The notes: generated by a model not told the origin, from the letters alone. 64,000 nt of DNA from a bacterium (GCA_043811375.1 JBDRNJ010000004.1:32001-96000); one strand, 5' to 3'. Counted from the first letter of the stretch, positions 40,266 to 51,425 are shown. Program-made: numbers and translations.

Positions 40266-41147
40266 ATGACAGAACAAACAATCACCAGGCCGGATGAGAT
40301 CAAGCGAGTGATTAAGCTGATGGGTTCGCGTCAACTACCGCTGTCACGGCCACTTATAATGGGCGTGCTTAATGTGACGCCCGATTCTTTTTCCGATGGC
40401 GGCCGTTTTCTTTCCGTATCCGATGCCGTGAATCGAGGTCTGCAAATGGCCGCCGAGGGTGCGGATATCATTGATATCGGCGGTGAATCCAGCCGACCGG
40501 GCGCCCAACCGGTCACTGCCAAAGAAGAACAGCGGCGCGTTTTGCCGGTAATCGAGAACCTGCGCCGGGAAACCGACCTGCCGATATCCATTGATACCTA
40601 CCACGCTGCGACAGCCGAGGCGGCTCTTGATACCGGGGCTGATATCGTCAACGACATCTCGGCGCTGCGTTTTGACACACAAATGGCCCCCCTGGTGGCC
40701 GAGCGAAAAGTACCCCTGGTGCTGATGCACATGTTAGGCACACCGCGTGATATGCAGAACGATCCCCATTACGACAACTGTGTTGACGAGATTGTCCAAT
40801 TCTTTGAGGAACGCATCAGCTTTTGTCGTCAGAACGGTATCGATAAGTCGAAACTGATTCTGGATCCGGGCATCGGCTTCGGCAAGCGACTGGGCGACAA
40901 CCTCCTGATCCTGTCGAGTTTGGGCGAATTCAAGCGGTTTTCTCTGCCCCTGCTGGTGGGCACGTCGCGCAAGTCATTCATTGGCATGATTAACGCCATC
41001 GACAGCCCCGCCGACCAACGGCTGGGCGGTTCGCTGGCGGCGGCGGTGGTTGCGGTAATCAACGGAGCTAATATCGTCCGGGTACATGACCTGGCTGAGA
41101 CGGTCGAGGCCATTAAAGTGATCCAGGCTATCAGGAAAACGGTATGA
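40266..41147 (+). CDS. folP: dihydropteroate synthase
   Basis: MGVLNVTPDSFSDGG, DPGIGFGK, GTSRKSF and VRVHD motifs. Confidence 0.97.
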   Translation: MTEQTITRPDEIKRVIKLMGSRQLPLSRPLIMGVLNVTPDSFSDGGRFLSVSDAVNRGLQMAAEGADIIDIGGESSRPGAQPVTAKEEQRRVLPVIENLRRETDLPISIDTYHAATAEAALDTGADIVNDISALRFDTQMAPLVAERKVPLVLMHMLGTPRDMQNDPHYDNCVDEIVQFFEERISFCRQNGIDKSKLILDPGIGFGKRLGDNLLILSSLGEFKRFSLPLLVGTSRKSFIGMINAIDSPADQRLGGSLAAAVVAVINGANIVRVHDLAETVEAIKVIQAIRKTV

Positions 41148-41905
41148 CTCTTTTTCAGTACGATTTTATCCACTTCGGGCTAAAGGATCTGCTCGATGTA
41201 CTGCTGGTTTCATTTATCATCTACCAGGTACTCAAACTGATGAAAGGCACCCGATCGGCGCAGATTATTATCGGCCTGTTTCTCATATTCGGCGTCGCGT
41301 TTATTGCCTACTGGTTTCAACTGGAAGGCCTGACCTGGCTGTTTTCCAACCTGGCTACTTTCGGGTTGATTGTCCTGGTAGTGGTTTTCCAGCCGGAACT
41401 TCGGGGGGTTCTGGCTCAACTTGGCCAGAGCCGGCTGTTGAGACGGTTCGTCAGGCTGGAACACCGCAAGTCGCTGGAGGAGGTTTCCCGGGCTACAATA
41501 CGGCTGGCGGAGTTGAGTTATGGAGGTCTGATCGTAATTGAGGGCCGTACCGGACTGCGTAATTTCACTGAGTCCGGCAAGGAAATGAACTCCGAACTTT
41601 CCTGGGAAGTACTCGTCACCCTTTTTACACCCTACACACCGCTCCATGATGGCGCCGCCATTATTTCCGGAGACTTTATCACCGCCGCAGCGGCGTCGTT
41701 ACCGCTGACGACCAATCTGCGTTACCGCAAGCTCTACGGTATGCGCCACAAAGCGGCCATAGGCGTTTCGGAGGTATCCGACGCGGTAGTGGTGGTGATT
41801 TCTGAAGAAACCGGCAAAATTTCAATCGCCTATGAAGGTGTTCTTGATTCGGATATCCCCCCATCGGAGTTCAAGGAGAAGCTGGCCAGGTACCTGGCGA
41901 AGTGA
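41144..41905 (+). CDS. cdaA: diadenylate cyclase CdaA/DacA
   Basis: Three N-terminal TM helices; FQPELR, PLHDGA, GMRHKAA and SEETG motifs. Confidence 0.93.
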   Translation: MTLFQYDFIHFGLKDLLDVLLVSFIIYQVLKLMKGTRSAQIIIGLFLIFGVAFIAYWFQLEGLTWLFSNLATFGLIVLVVVFQPELRGVLAQLGQSRLLRRFVRLEHRKSLEEVSRATIRLAELSYGGLIVIEGRTGLRNFTESGKEMNSELSWEVLVTLFTPYTPLHDGAAIISGDFITAAAASLPLTTNLRYRKLYGMRHKAAIGVSEVSDAVVVVISEETGKISIAYEGVLDSDIPPSEFKEKLARYLAK

Positions 41906-42096
41906 CCTCGTAATCTGAAATCCGTTCTGCCCCCCCCCGCAGAAAAGACTTGTAAATGGTATCAAATCATCCTATTTTTATTAGCAGGATGTGTAAAATA
42001 CAACGTAATCAAGCAGGCAATAGCCGTCGGGGCACCCCTCAACTCAGACGGCATCTCCGATTTTCACTGTAACCTCAGACAACCAGATTGAGTAAC

Positions 42097-44034
42097 ATGA
42101 CAGACAAATCATCAAATGTAGTTCTTTTATTGATTTTGGCCGGGATCATAGTCGGCGTAGCGTTAGGGTACTTTCTACCTGGTGTGATGTTAGCTACAGC
42201 CTTTATTGGTGGGCTCTTTTTGAGCGCTCTGCAATTAGTCGCTATTCCTCTGGCGGCGGCAGCCATCATCGCCGCTATCGGCTCGATGAGCCAGGTCCGT
42301 CAGGTAGGTCGTCCTCTGGCAGCGGCATTCATATACTTTCTGGGTACTTCAGTCATTGCGGCCGGTATCGGAATAGTGCTGTCGCTCGTATTACAGCCCG
42401 GCTGGGGGGCCAACGCCGCCAACGCCGTGACACCCAGGGCGGTCTTCGACATGACGGGCGTAGGTATCTCGGATTTTCTGATGCCACTGGTGCCGACCAG
42501 CTTCCCAGGAGCTTTTGTCGAGGGACATTACCTGGGCATTATCATTTTTTCATTCTTATTCGGGGGCATTCTGGCCACTCTGGGCAGGCAGGGAAAAGTA
42601 GTACAGGACATTGTCATCGTTGTCAGAGATATTCTCATCCGGTTGGTCTATTTGCTGCTTTATGCCGCGCCGATCGGACTCCTGTCGGTGGTGGGTGTCG
42701 CCATAGCGCTGAACCCGCAATCTCTGCCCCGACTTTCAGGCGACCTGGCCTACTACGTTCTGGCTGTGGGCGGTGGCATGCTGTTACTCCTGGTGATCGT
42801 GTTGCCGTTGGTGTTGTGGCTGGTAACCAAACGATCACCGCTGACGTACTTTGTCAACCTGGTGCCGGCGCTCGGTACCGCCCTGGCTACCGGTTCTTCG
42901 GTGGCGGCTTTCCCGGCGACCTACACCGGAGTAGTTGAAAAAAACAAGGTTGACAGCCGGGCCGGTGCGATAGCCCTGCCGCTGGGCATGGTACTCAACC
43001 TCAACGGCATGGCTCTGGGACTTGTAGTGGGCGCCTTTTTTGTGGCTCAGGTCTTTGGGATGAGCCTGTCAGCCGTCCAGATATTGATTGTCGCCGCTAC
43101 GGCGGTTTTGGTTTCGTTCGGTTCGGCCTCGATTCCACACGCCGGTATTTTGTTATTGGTAGTAGTGCTGCGTGCCGCCGGTTTTCCGCCGGAGGCGTAC
43201 ACCGCAATCGGACTGATAGTGCTTGTCGACTGGCTGTTGAGCCGGTTTCGCGCCGTTATCAACGTCTGGGGTGACGCCGTCGGAGCCGCCGTGACGGCAT
43301 CAATCATGGCACCACCGAAAGCCGTCCGGAAAAGCCCGGTGCGTTCACCATCACGCAAAGCTCCGGCTGCTCGCTCCGATACCAGGAGAACTCAACCGAC
43401 ACCGCAGAGAAGTCACTCCGGATCATTCGACAGAAGGGACCGCCCTCCGCGCGGGCGCAGTTCGGATACCAGGGATAGTGAAAGGTCTCGGCATCAAAGA
43501 CCATCAGACCGCGGCGAACAGCGCCGGCCGGGTGGATCGCGGCCACAGTCTCCCGCTAAAAGAGAACAGAGGCCATCGGCTCCTGTCCGAAACGGCGCGG
43601 CTGCAGGAAGTACGTCGGACAGAGACAAAAAGACATCGCCGACACCAATTGCCGGCAATCATCAGCCGAGTCCGGCCGTCGCCGAACAACCTCCACGGTT
43701 CTCTTCGTCGGAGGTAACCGGATTGCCGGCCGATATCAGCCCCAACAACCACTCGGACACCCGGGACCGCAACTCGAAGGTTGACGACCACGCCCCGGAT
43801 ACAACAGCCACTCAGGAACCGGTCGCGATGTCTGTCGATAAGGAGGCTGATAGTCCTGCAGAATCGCCAACTCCGAAGTTCGGGCGTCTCAAAGCGCGCC
43901 GTGGCCGGGCGGTTAAGAATTCCTCCGACCCCACGACCACTTCTGAGGACAGCAGCTCTGACAATGGAGTCCGGGAAGAATTTTCTTCTGAAGACATAAC
44001 ATTCGGACGCCAGAAGAAAAAGCGGACACGGTAG
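42097..44034 (+). CDS. dicarboxylate/amino acid:cation symporter with long disordered C-terminal tail
   Basis: ATGSSVAAFP, LNLNG and RAVINVWGD DAACS motifs. Confidence 0.88.
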   Translation: MTDKSSNVVLLLILAGIIVGVALGYFLPGVMLATAFIGGLFLSALQLVAIPLAAAAIIAAIGSMSQVRQVGRPLAAAFIYFLGTSVIAAGIGIVLSLVLQPGWGANAANAVTPRAVFDMTGVGISDFLMPLVPTSFPGAFVEGHYLGIIIFSFLFGGILATLGRQGKVVQDIVIVVRDILIRLVYLLLYAAPIGLLSVVGVAIALNPQSLPRLSGDLAYYVLAVGGGMLLLLVIVLPLVLWLVTKRSPLTYFVNLVPALGTALATGSSVAAFPATYTGVVEKNKVDSRAGAIALPLGMVLNLNGMALGLVVGAFFVAQVFGMSLSAVQILIVAATAVLVSFGSASIPHAGILLLVVVLRAAGFPPEAYTAIGLIVLVDWLLSRFRAVINVWGDAVGAAVTASIMAPPKAVRKSPVRSPSRKAPAARSDTRRTQPTPQRSHSGSFDRRDRPPRGRSSDTRDSERSRHQRPSDRGEQRRPGGSRPQSPAKREQRPSAPVRNGAAAGSTSDRDKKTSPTPIAGNHQPSPAVAEQPPRFSSSEVTGLPADISPNNHSDTRDRNSKVDDHAPDTTATQEPVAMSVDKEADSPAESPTPKFGRLKARRGRAVKNSSDPTTTSEDSSSDNGVREEFSSEDITFGRQKKKRTR

Positions 44035-44286
44035 GCCAATCAGGCATATCGTTTTGTAACCGGCCCCCACCTACTCATCCGGTCGCATGGGGCACCGGAC
44101 AACTTCCATGAGGGAACTTTCCATCGGGCGTTACGATATACACTATATATGCAGACAAAAACTGTTGACCGATCAACGGACCGCGCCTTAACTTTCCTGT
44201 GCTTAGGCTGAGCGGGAAATGTTGCTTCACCTGACAGCTGGACGCACCGTCAGCAACTGAATGATAGTATTGAGGCGGATGAAAGA

Positions 44287-45153
44287 ATGAACAGTTTCAA
44301 AGTTTTCGGTCTGATGCTGGCCCTGATGCTTGTTTTCGCCTGGGTCGGCTATGCTTTTGCCGGGCAAAACGGCATGGTGACGGCCCTGGTGCTGGCCTGC
44401 GTGATGAATTTCTTCTCCTACTGGTTTTCGGACAGATTAGTACTGAAGATGTATCGCGCCCGTAAAATTAGCGAGAGCGATCATCCCCGGCTGTACCGGG
44501 TTGTAAGTCGGATTACCTCACAGGCAATGATCCCCATGCCCGGTGTGTATATCGTACCGAATAAAGCCCCCAACGCTTTTGCCACCGGTCGCAATGTGGA
44601 ACATGCCGCGGTGGCCGTCACCGAAGGACTTCTGGAGATACTTACCGAGGAAGAACTGGAGGGCGTTATCGGACATGAAATAGCCCACATCCTGAACAAG
44701 GACATGTTGATCGGCACAGTGGCGGCGACCCTCGCCGGAGCCATCGGAATCCTGGCCGCCATCGCCCGCTGGGGCGCGCTCCTGGGCGGATACGGTCGCG
44801 ATAACAGCCGCGGCGGTGGGATCGGGTTGTTGGTGGCGGCTATAGTCGCACCATTGGTGGCAATTGTCATCCAGACGGCTATATCCCGACAACGTGAGTA
44901 CAAAGCTGACGCCGAAGGAGGGCGTTTGACTGGCAAATATCACCAACTGGCATCGGCACTGACAAAACTTCACCGATCCCCGGTTCGTCTCAACCTTGAC
45001 AGAAAACCGGCCACGGCCCACTTGATGATAGCCAATCCGCTGTCGGGTAGAGGCTTGTCATCGCTGTTTTCAACCCACCCACCGGTGGAAAAACGGATCA
45101 AGAATCTGCACCGACTGGCCCAACAATCCATCTATGGCGATTATGATCAATAA
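44287..45153 (+). CDS. htpX: zinc metalloprotease HtpX
   Basis: PNAFATGR, HEIAH, SRQREYKAD and FSTHPP motifs. Confidence 0.95.
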   Translation: MNSFKVFGLMLALMLVFAWVGYAFAGQNGMVTALVLACVMNFFSYWFSDRLVLKMYRARKISESDHPRLYRVVSRITSQAMIPMPGVYIVPNKAPNAFATGRNVEHAAVAVTEGLLEILTEEELEGVIGHEIAHILNKDMLIGTVAATLAGAIGILAAIARWGALLGGYGRDNSRGGGIGLLVAAIVAPLVAIVIQTAISRQREYKADAEGGRLTGKYHQLASALTKLHRSPVRLNLDRKPATAHLMIANPLSGRGLSSLFSTHPPVEKRIKNLHRLAQQSIYGDYDQ

Positions 45154-45207
45154 CAGTCTCGACCGACGATCGATCTCACCATGATGCCGTCAGAGATGCC
45201 ATAGTAT

Positions 45208-46527
45208 ATGGACTCGCGACTACTGCTGGAACTGCTGGCGATTCTGTTGCTGATTATCGCCAATGGATTTTTCGCTCTGAGTGAATTCTCTGTTATTGCC
45301 AGCCGCAAGAGCCGCCTGCGACAGAAGGTGTCTCAGGGAAAACTGGGCGCGGCCCGAGCCGCAAAGTTGCATGATCAACCAGACAAGTTTCTGGCCACGA
45401 TCCAGGTAGGAATCACCCTGTTCGGTACCGTGGCGGGAGTACTGGGCGGCGCTACAATTGTCGACCGGCTGACGCCGATTATTGAGCGGGTCCCTCTTGA
45501 ATTTATGTCCCGCGTAGCCTCGCTGTTGGCCGTCGCGCTGGTAGCCGTGGTGATCACTATAGTCGCGGTAATTATCGGTGAACTGGTTCCAAAATACCTG
45601 GCCTTGTCGAACCCGGAGAAATTTGCCCGGCTAACAGCCGTGCCCATCACAGTCTTCATCCGGCTGACATCTTCGATCACCTGGTTGCTCAGTGGTGCCG
45701 CACGTCTGGTGCTGAGGTTCTTCGGTGTCGCTCGTTCTTCCGCCCAATCACTGATCACGGAAGAAGAGATCAACCTGATGATCGATGACGGCCGCAAGAA
45801 AGGGGTTTTTGATGATATCGAGGAGAAACTGATCAAATCCGTCTTTGACTTTGCCGACTCCACGGTGCGTCGCGCCATGACTCCTCGAACAGACATTATC
45901 GGTATCCGTATGGATACGCCCCCGGATAAAATCATCGACATTATCATCGAGCACGGCCATGGCCGGTACCCGGTATATACCGAGAGTATCGACTACGTCA
46001 GTGGCGTGCTGTTCACCAAGGACCTTATCATCCACCAGAAGTTGAATCCACAACAGATTATTCTGAAGGATATTCTGCGGCCGGCGGTGTTCGTACCGGA
46101 CTCGATGCCGCTGGCCCGACTGTTGCGTGATTTCCAGCGCAAGAAAAACCAGTTGGCGATAGTACTCGACGAATTCGGCGGCACGGAAGGTATCGTGACT
46201 CTGGAGGATATACTGGAGGAACTGGTGGGAGAAATCCAGGATGAAGACGAAGCCGGGTTGACTCCACTGGTGAAACACTCCGAAACGATTGCCTTTGCCG
46301 ACGGCACCGTGTGGCCGGGAGCGGTAAACGAACTGATGGACAGCCAACTGCCGGAAAACAGGGCCGAAACTCTGGCGGGTCTGGTAATTGACCAACTCGG
46401 CCGTCTACCGGAAAAGAATGAAACGGTGGTCATAGCCGATATGCAGATAAGAATACTGGAACGCCAACACCACCGGATAACGCGACTGAAGCTTGAGAAA
46501 ATCACTCGCGAGGACCATCAGCATTGA
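45208..46527 (+). CDS. CNNM/hemolysin-family CBS-domain protein (TlyC-like)
   Basis: NGFFALSE, GELVPK, MTPR and DEFGGTEGIVTLEDILEELVGEI motifs. Confidence 0.93.
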   Translation: MDSRLLLELLAILLLIIANGFFALSEFSVIASRKSRLRQKVSQGKLGAARAAKLHDQPDKFLATIQVGITLFGTVAGVLGGATIVDRLTPIIERVPLEFMSRVASLLAVALVAVVITIVAVIIGELVPKYLALSNPEKFARLTAVPITVFIRLTSSITWLLSGAARLVLRFFGVARSSAQSLITEEEINLMIDDGRKKGVFDDIEEKLIKSVFDFADSTVRRAMTPRTDIIGIRMDTPPDKIIDIIIEHGHGRYPVYTESIDYVSGVLFTKDLIIHQKLNPQQIILKDILRPAVFVPDSMPLARLLRDFQRKKNQLAIVLDEFGGTEGIVTLEDILEELVGEIQDEDEAGLTPLVKHSETIAFADGTVWPGAVNELMDSQLPENRAETLAGLVIDQLGRLPEKNETVVIADMQIRILERQHHRITRLKLEKITREDHQH

Positions 46528-46564
46528 CCGGTCTTGCCGACGTTTCAGGATAAAGGACAAGGTT

Positions 46565-47245
46565 TTGCAGATACTGTCATTCATCCGGCAGGTAGTCGAG
46601 ACACCCCTGGGCTGGACCCGTCAACTTTACGACTGGGTACTCAAATGGGGAGAATCGCGCCACGGTGCCACGGCTTTGTTTTTTCTCTCAATGGCTGAAG
46701 CATCCTTTTTCCCGGTGCCGCCGGACGCGCTGTTGATCGCTCTTTGTATGGGTGCCTGGCGGAAGTGGTTCCGCTTCGCCCTGGTCTGTTCGCTGGGATC
46801 GATTGTGGGCGGTGTACTGGGTTACCTGATCGGTCACTGGGCTTTCGACCTGGTCGGCGAGAAAATCCTCTCCCTGATTGCTTCACTATCCGGCAGTGAT
46901 CCCCAGCAACTGCTGGCCCAGGCCGAGTACTGGTTCAACGACAAGCAGGTGTGGGGAATGAAGATCGGCGCCTGGGCGGTCGGTATCGCCGGCTTCACAC
47001 CAATTCCGTACAAGGTATTTACAATCGCGGCCGGTTTTTTCCATATGAGTTTTGCCGTCTTCCTGGCAGCCTCTGCCATAAGCCGTTCACTTCGTTTTTT
47101 CCTGGTGGCCGGGCTGATCGGTTTGCTCTACAAGCGGTTCGGAGACAGGATACAGGAAACCATCGACCGCTATTTCAACATTCTTGCCGTAGCCTTTGTG
47201 ATCCTGCTGCTGGCCGGATTCTGGACAATCGGTCAAATCAAGTGA
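46565..47245 (+). CDS. YqaA/DedA-family membrane protein (TTG start inferred)
   Basis: AEASFFPVPPD and FTPIPYKVFTI motifs. Confidence 0.9.
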   Translation: MQILSFIRQVVETPLGWTRQLYDWVLKWGESRHGATALFFLSMAEASFFPVPPDALLIALCMGAWRKWFRFALVCSLGSIVGGVLGYLIGHWAFDLVGEKILSLIASLSGSDPQQLLAQAEYWFNDKQVWGMKIGAWAVGIAGFTPIPYKVFTIAAGFFHMSFAVFLAASAISRSLRFFLVAGLIGLLYKRFGDRIQETIDRYFNILAVAFVILLLAGFWTIGQIK

Positions 47246-47363
47246 CACTGAGGACAAACTTGACCCTGCAAATGCAGAAGATTACCGTACAGTTGACGAA
47301 TCTTTGTTCCGAGAATCACTGTTATGTAGATATGCGCGGAAACAGAATTTGGTGTTAACAACT

Positions 47364-48281
47364 ATGGCTGATGCTCACAAATACAACAGAGTTTCCGGTC
47401 GTCGCCTGTTCTGGGTGATCCTGTTCAACCTCGGAATCACTGCGGCCGAGGTGATCGGCGGCCTGCTTTCCGGATACCTGGCCCTGCTGGCCGACGCGAT
47501 TCACAATTTAGCCGATGTAGCCGCTTTAGGGCTAGCCTGGCTGGGAGTAAAGGGTTCCGAGAAACCGGCCACCAAGAAATCCACCTACGGCTTCAAACGG
47601 GTCGAAGTGATGACGGCCCTAATATCAGCCGTAGCCCTGGTTGTGATAGCTATTTTTATCCTCATTGAAGCCTACCATCGGTTGCGGAATCCCGTTCCCA
47701 TCACCGCGCCGGTCCTGTTTTTGTCGGTGGCCGTAATCGGTCTGTTGGGCAACATCCTGTCAATCGTGTTCCTGTACTCCGAGAAAGGTAAGTCGCTTAA
47801 CATGAAGACGGCTTTCCTCCACATGGCCTATGATGCCACCTCCTCGGTAATAGTCATCCTGGGCGGGCTGGTCATTCTTTTCACCGGCTGGTACACTATA
47901 GACGTCATTCTGTCGGCTGCCATCGCCCTGATGATTTTCTGGTCCTCCTATCTGGTGATTAAGGAAGCGGTGATGATCTTCCTGGAGGCGGTACCACGGG
48001 GTGTTGATTTCGATGCCGTCCTGGGAGCCATCATGGAAGTGCCGAAGGTGCACGACGTGCATGACCTGCATATCTGGTCGCTGTCATCTAATGAGATAGC
48101 ACTATCCTGTCACGTTGCTATCGAACAGAAAGATTTTGACACGGGACCCGCCATTATCGTAGCTATTAACCAAATGTTGAAGGAGCGGTTTCATATCGGG
48201 CATCCCACGATACAGATCGAGCACCATGACTGCAATCGACCGGACCTGCTGTGTCGATACAAGGATCATCGATGGGAGTGA
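47364..48281 (+). CDS. cation diffusion facilitator (CzcD/ZitB-like)
   Basis: LLADAIHNLAD, TYGFKRVE, AFLHMAYD and VHDLHIW motifs. Confidence 0.94.
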   Translation: MADAHKYNRVSGRRLFWVILFNLGITAAEVIGGLLSGYLALLADAIHNLADVAALGLAWLGVKGSEKPATKKSTYGFKRVEVMTALISAVALVVIAIFILIEAYHRLRNPVPITAPVLFLSVAVIGLLGNILSIVFLYSEKGKSLNMKTAFLHMAYDATSSVIVILGGLVILFTGWYTIDVILSAAIALMIFWSSYLVIKEAVMIFLEAVPRGVDFDAVLGAIMEVPKVHDVHDLHIWSLSSNEIALSCHVAIEQKDFDTGPAIIVAINQMLKERFHIGHPTIQIEHHDCNRPDLLCRYKDHRWE

Positions 48282-49639
48282 GTGTGGACGGCAAACTGAT
48301 CGAACTGGAGATTGTCGATCTGGCTTTTGACGGCAAAGCGGTCGCCCACCTGGACGGGAAAGTTGTCTTTTTGCGAGGCGGCCTGCCCGGTGAAACGGTG
48401 CTGGCTGAAATCACCCGCTCCCGTTCCCGTTACAGTGACGGCATCGTGCGACAGATTCTCAAACCTTCGCCATGCCGGGTTGAGGCAGTGTGTTCACATT
48501 TCCGGCAGTGCGGCGGCTGCACCTGGCAGGACCTGGCCTATCCGGATCAACTGGGGTTCAAGAAAAAGCAGGTAGTCGACTGCCTGAAGCGTATCGGTAA
48601 ACTGGAAGACGTCACGGTTCATGACGTGGTCGGCTCGGTGGAGTTGTTTTATTACCGCAACAAGATGGAGTTTTCGTTCCACACCGTCGACCCCGATCAT
48701 TTTCACCTGGGTCTGCATTCGCGCGGCCGCTATGACGACATCTTTGATCTGAAACAATGTTACCTGCAGTCACCGGAATGTAATGAGATAGTACGATGGC
48801 TACGGGAATTTGTCGCATGCAAAAAGATATCAGTATATGACGTCAGGCAGCACACCGGTTACATGCGGTTTCTGATGATCCGTCAGGCCAAAAGACAACC
48901 GCATCTGCTGGTCAATATCGTCACCAACTATGGTGAGATACCGGCTCGCGATGAACTGGTGCGGGGTCTGACAGCAGCCTGTCCTGAGGTTACTACCATT
49001 GTCCACAACCAGAACGGAAAGCGGGCGAATATCGCCACCGGGGAAATCGAATCCGTTCTGCTGGGAAGCGGTTACATTGAGGAAAAGATGTTCAGCAGCA
49101 TATTTCGCATCCGGGCCAATTCCTTTTTTCAAACCAACTCCATCCAAACCGAAACTCTGTATCGTACCGCGTTTGACGTTCTCAACCCTGACCCCAGGGA
49201 CCGCGTACTGGACCTCTATTGCGGCACCGGCTCTATCGGTATTCTTATCGCACCGTATGTCCAGCAGGTGGTGGGAGTCGAACTGGTGGGCGAAGCGGTT
49301 GAGACGGCCCGCGAAAACGCCGCCCTGAACAAGATAACCAACATCACTTTCGAACAGAGTACCGTCAGGGATTTCCTGAAGAACCTGCCGGCCGGACCCG
49401 ATAGCTTTGACATCGTCATTGTCGATCCACCGCGAGCCGGCCTGCACCCCAAGGCGCTGCCACGTATTCTGAAATTGAAACCGAAAAAGATACTGTACAT
49501 TTCCTGCAATCCGGCAACTTTCGCCCGCGACGCGCGGTCGCTTGTCAACCAGGGCTATCGGTTACCGGACGTAAGACCGATTGACATGTTTCCACACACC
49601 ATGCACATCGAACTGGTGGGGGTTTTTTATGCTGATTAG
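48272..49639 (+). CDS. rlmD: 23S rRNA (uracil-C5)-methyltransferase RlmD/RumA
   Basis: TRAM domain, CSHFRQCGGC, SFFQTN, DLYCGTG, DPPRAG and DMFPHT motifs. Confidence 0.95.
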   Translation: MGVSVDGKLIELEIVDLAFDGKAVAHLDGKVVFLRGGLPGETVLAEITRSRSRYSDGIVRQILKPSPCRVEAVCSHFRQCGGCTWQDLAYPDQLGFKKKQVVDCLKRIGKLEDVTVHDVVGSVELFYYRNKMEFSFHTVDPDHFHLGLHSRGRYDDIFDLKQCYLQSPECNEIVRWLREFVACKKISVYDVRQHTGYMRFLMIRQAKRQPHLLVNIVTNYGEIPARDELVRGLTAACPEVTTIVHNQNGKRANIATGEIESVLLGSGYIEEKMFSSIFRIRANSFFQTNSIQTETLYRTAFDVLNPDPRDRVLDLYCGTGSIGILIAPYVQQVVGVELVGEAVETARENAALNKITNITFEQSTVRDFLKNLPAGPDSFDIVIVDPPRAGLHPKALPRILKLKPKKILYISCNPATFARDARSLVNQGYRLPDVRPIDMFPHTMHIELVGVFYAD

Positions 49640-49700
49640 CGGGCCGGTTACCGCCCTCAGGCGAAAAACCAACTACCGGATGACCCGGGGAGGAATAACA

Positions 49701-51425
49701 ATGATTCGCAAACGACTAACAGGCCTCCTTATCCTGTTACTGGCAGTGCTGACCGCCGCCAGCGTTTCGGCTGCCAAAAAGAAAAACTTTGGCGATCTCA
49801 GTCTTCAGATTCTGGAAGATATTCAGTCCTTCTATCCCGTCCGATCAACCGAAATGGGTATTCACGCCTATGATCATCGGCTGGCAGACTACTCATCGGC
49901 ATCCGTGAAGAAAATGATCAAGAAGATGCAGGACCACGAAAAACAGCTTCACCGCTATAAATCGTCCGACCTGTCAGACTATAACCGCATCAACTATCGG
50001 CTCATCAAGTCCAATACCGATATTGCTCTTCTGGATCTCAAAGGCATTGCCTGGCACCGGAAATCGCCCCAGTTGTACGTGCGTGAAGCGGTCGACGGAA
50101 TCTACTTCCTGATGCTTTCCCGGCACGCACCTTTGTCGGAGAAGGTGGTGCCGCTTGTCGCTCGAATGCGAGCAGTCCCCCAACTGTTTGAGACTGCCCG
50201 GCAAAACCTTAAGGAACCACCACCCATCTACATCGAGGCGGCGCTTGAGTCACTGGAATCAGGTATGCAGTTTTACCAACAGGTGGCCGGCGAACTGATG
50301 AATCAGCTTCCCGATCGTGCCGATGAGATTCTGGCGGTGTCCACTCAGGCCAGGGAAGCAATGAATGACTTCGCGACCTGGCTGTCGCAGTTACCAACCG
50401 GACCGCAGGCCGCTTTTGCCATCGGCAAAAACAATTTCGACTACAAACTGTCCCACGAGTACTTCCTGACAATAGATGCCGACTCTCTGCTGAGAATCGG
50501 TGAGGCGCTGCTGGCTGAAGCTCAACGAGCGTATCACGATTACGAGACCTATATTGAAACCAGCCACCAGAACGGTCGCGACTCTGTTTTTGTCCCCGCC
50601 GCCTTTACCAAAAACGACATCATCGACTACTACAACTGGGAAACCGGGCAGGTGAAGATATTTCTTCAGGAGAATGATATCCTGACGGTTCCTGAAGATA
50701 TGGCGCCGGTGACGGTAATAGAGACACCCTCCTTCCTGAGCGGTATGGTCAGTGGTATAGCCTATCAACCGGCCGGGCCGTTCGACAGCCTGCAGCAGGG
50801 CTATTTCTATGTCCGGCCCATTCCGGATGACCTTGAACGCAGGCAACTGGAAGCCCGCTACCGTTATATTCACCGACGGGGTTTCCGGGGCTCGGTAGTC
50901 CATGAGGCTTACCCGGGGCACCACCTGCAGTTTCAGATCGCCGGTATGAACGATGATCCGGTGCGCAAGTGGCAACTCAACAACATGATGATCGAAGGCT
51001 GGGCCTTGTACTGCGAAGAGATGATGTACCACGTCGGCCTGTACGGTGATGAAAACCCACCGCAGTGGCTGGCGATACTCGGAGGCATTCGTTTCCGGGC
51101 GGCCCGTATCGTGGCCGACGTCAAGCTGCACACCGGACAGTTTACATACGATGAGTGCGTCGCCTGGATGAACGACGTGCTGGAAATCTCCAGTGAATCG
51201 GGTCGGGAATATATCCGTAAGGAAGTACGCCGCTACACTATCAGCCCCACTTACCAGATGTCCTACCTGATGGGCAAGAGTGAGATCATGGCGCTGCGCC
51301 TGGCGGCGGAAAAACGTGACGGCGACCGGTTCTTTCCCAAAGCCTTCCATGACGCGTTATTGGCCGAAGGCACGATACCACCGATCCTGATGTGGGAGAT
51401 TTTAGGACTGAGTAACCAGCAGTAA
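49701..51425 (+). CDS. DUF885-family secreted protein
   Basis: Signal peptide; HEAYPGHHLQ, EGWALYCE and EVRRY motifs. Confidence 0.9.
   Translation: MIRKRLTGLLILLLAVLTAASVSAAKKKNFGDLSLQILEDIQSFYPVRSTEMGIHAYDHRLADYSSASVKKMIKKMQDHEKQLHRYKSSDLSDYNRINYRLIKSNTDIALLDLKGIAWHRKSPQLYVREAVDGIYFLMLSRHAPLSEKVVPLVARMRAVPQLFETARQNLKEPPPIYIEAALESLESGMQFYQQVAGELMNQLPDRADEILAVSTQAREAMNDFATWLSQLPTGPQAAFAIGKNNFDYKLSHEYFLTIDADSLLRIGEALLAEAQRAYHDYETYIETSHQNGRDSVFVPAAFTKNDIIDYYNWETGQVKIFLQENDILTVPEDMAPVTVIETPSFLSGMVSGIAYQPAGPFDSLQQGYFYVRPIPDDLERRQLEARYRYIHRRGFRGSVVHEAYPGHHLQFQIAGMNDDPVRKWQLNNMMIEGWALYCEEMMYHVGLYGDENPPQWLAILGGIRFRAARIVADVKLHTGQFTYDECVAWMNDVLEISSESGREYIRKEVRRYTISPTYQMSYLMGKSEIMALRLAAEKRDGDRFFPKAFHDALLAEGTIPPILMWEILGLSNQQ

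Noticed and set aside
41930..41938. Poly-C tract as a phase-variation site
   Set aside because: Intergenic, inside a small hairpin after cdaA; no evidence it alters a frame or promoter spacing.
44200..44280. Possible riboswitch in the htpX leader
   Set aside because: Some pairing potential but no match to a riboswitch consensus that I can support.
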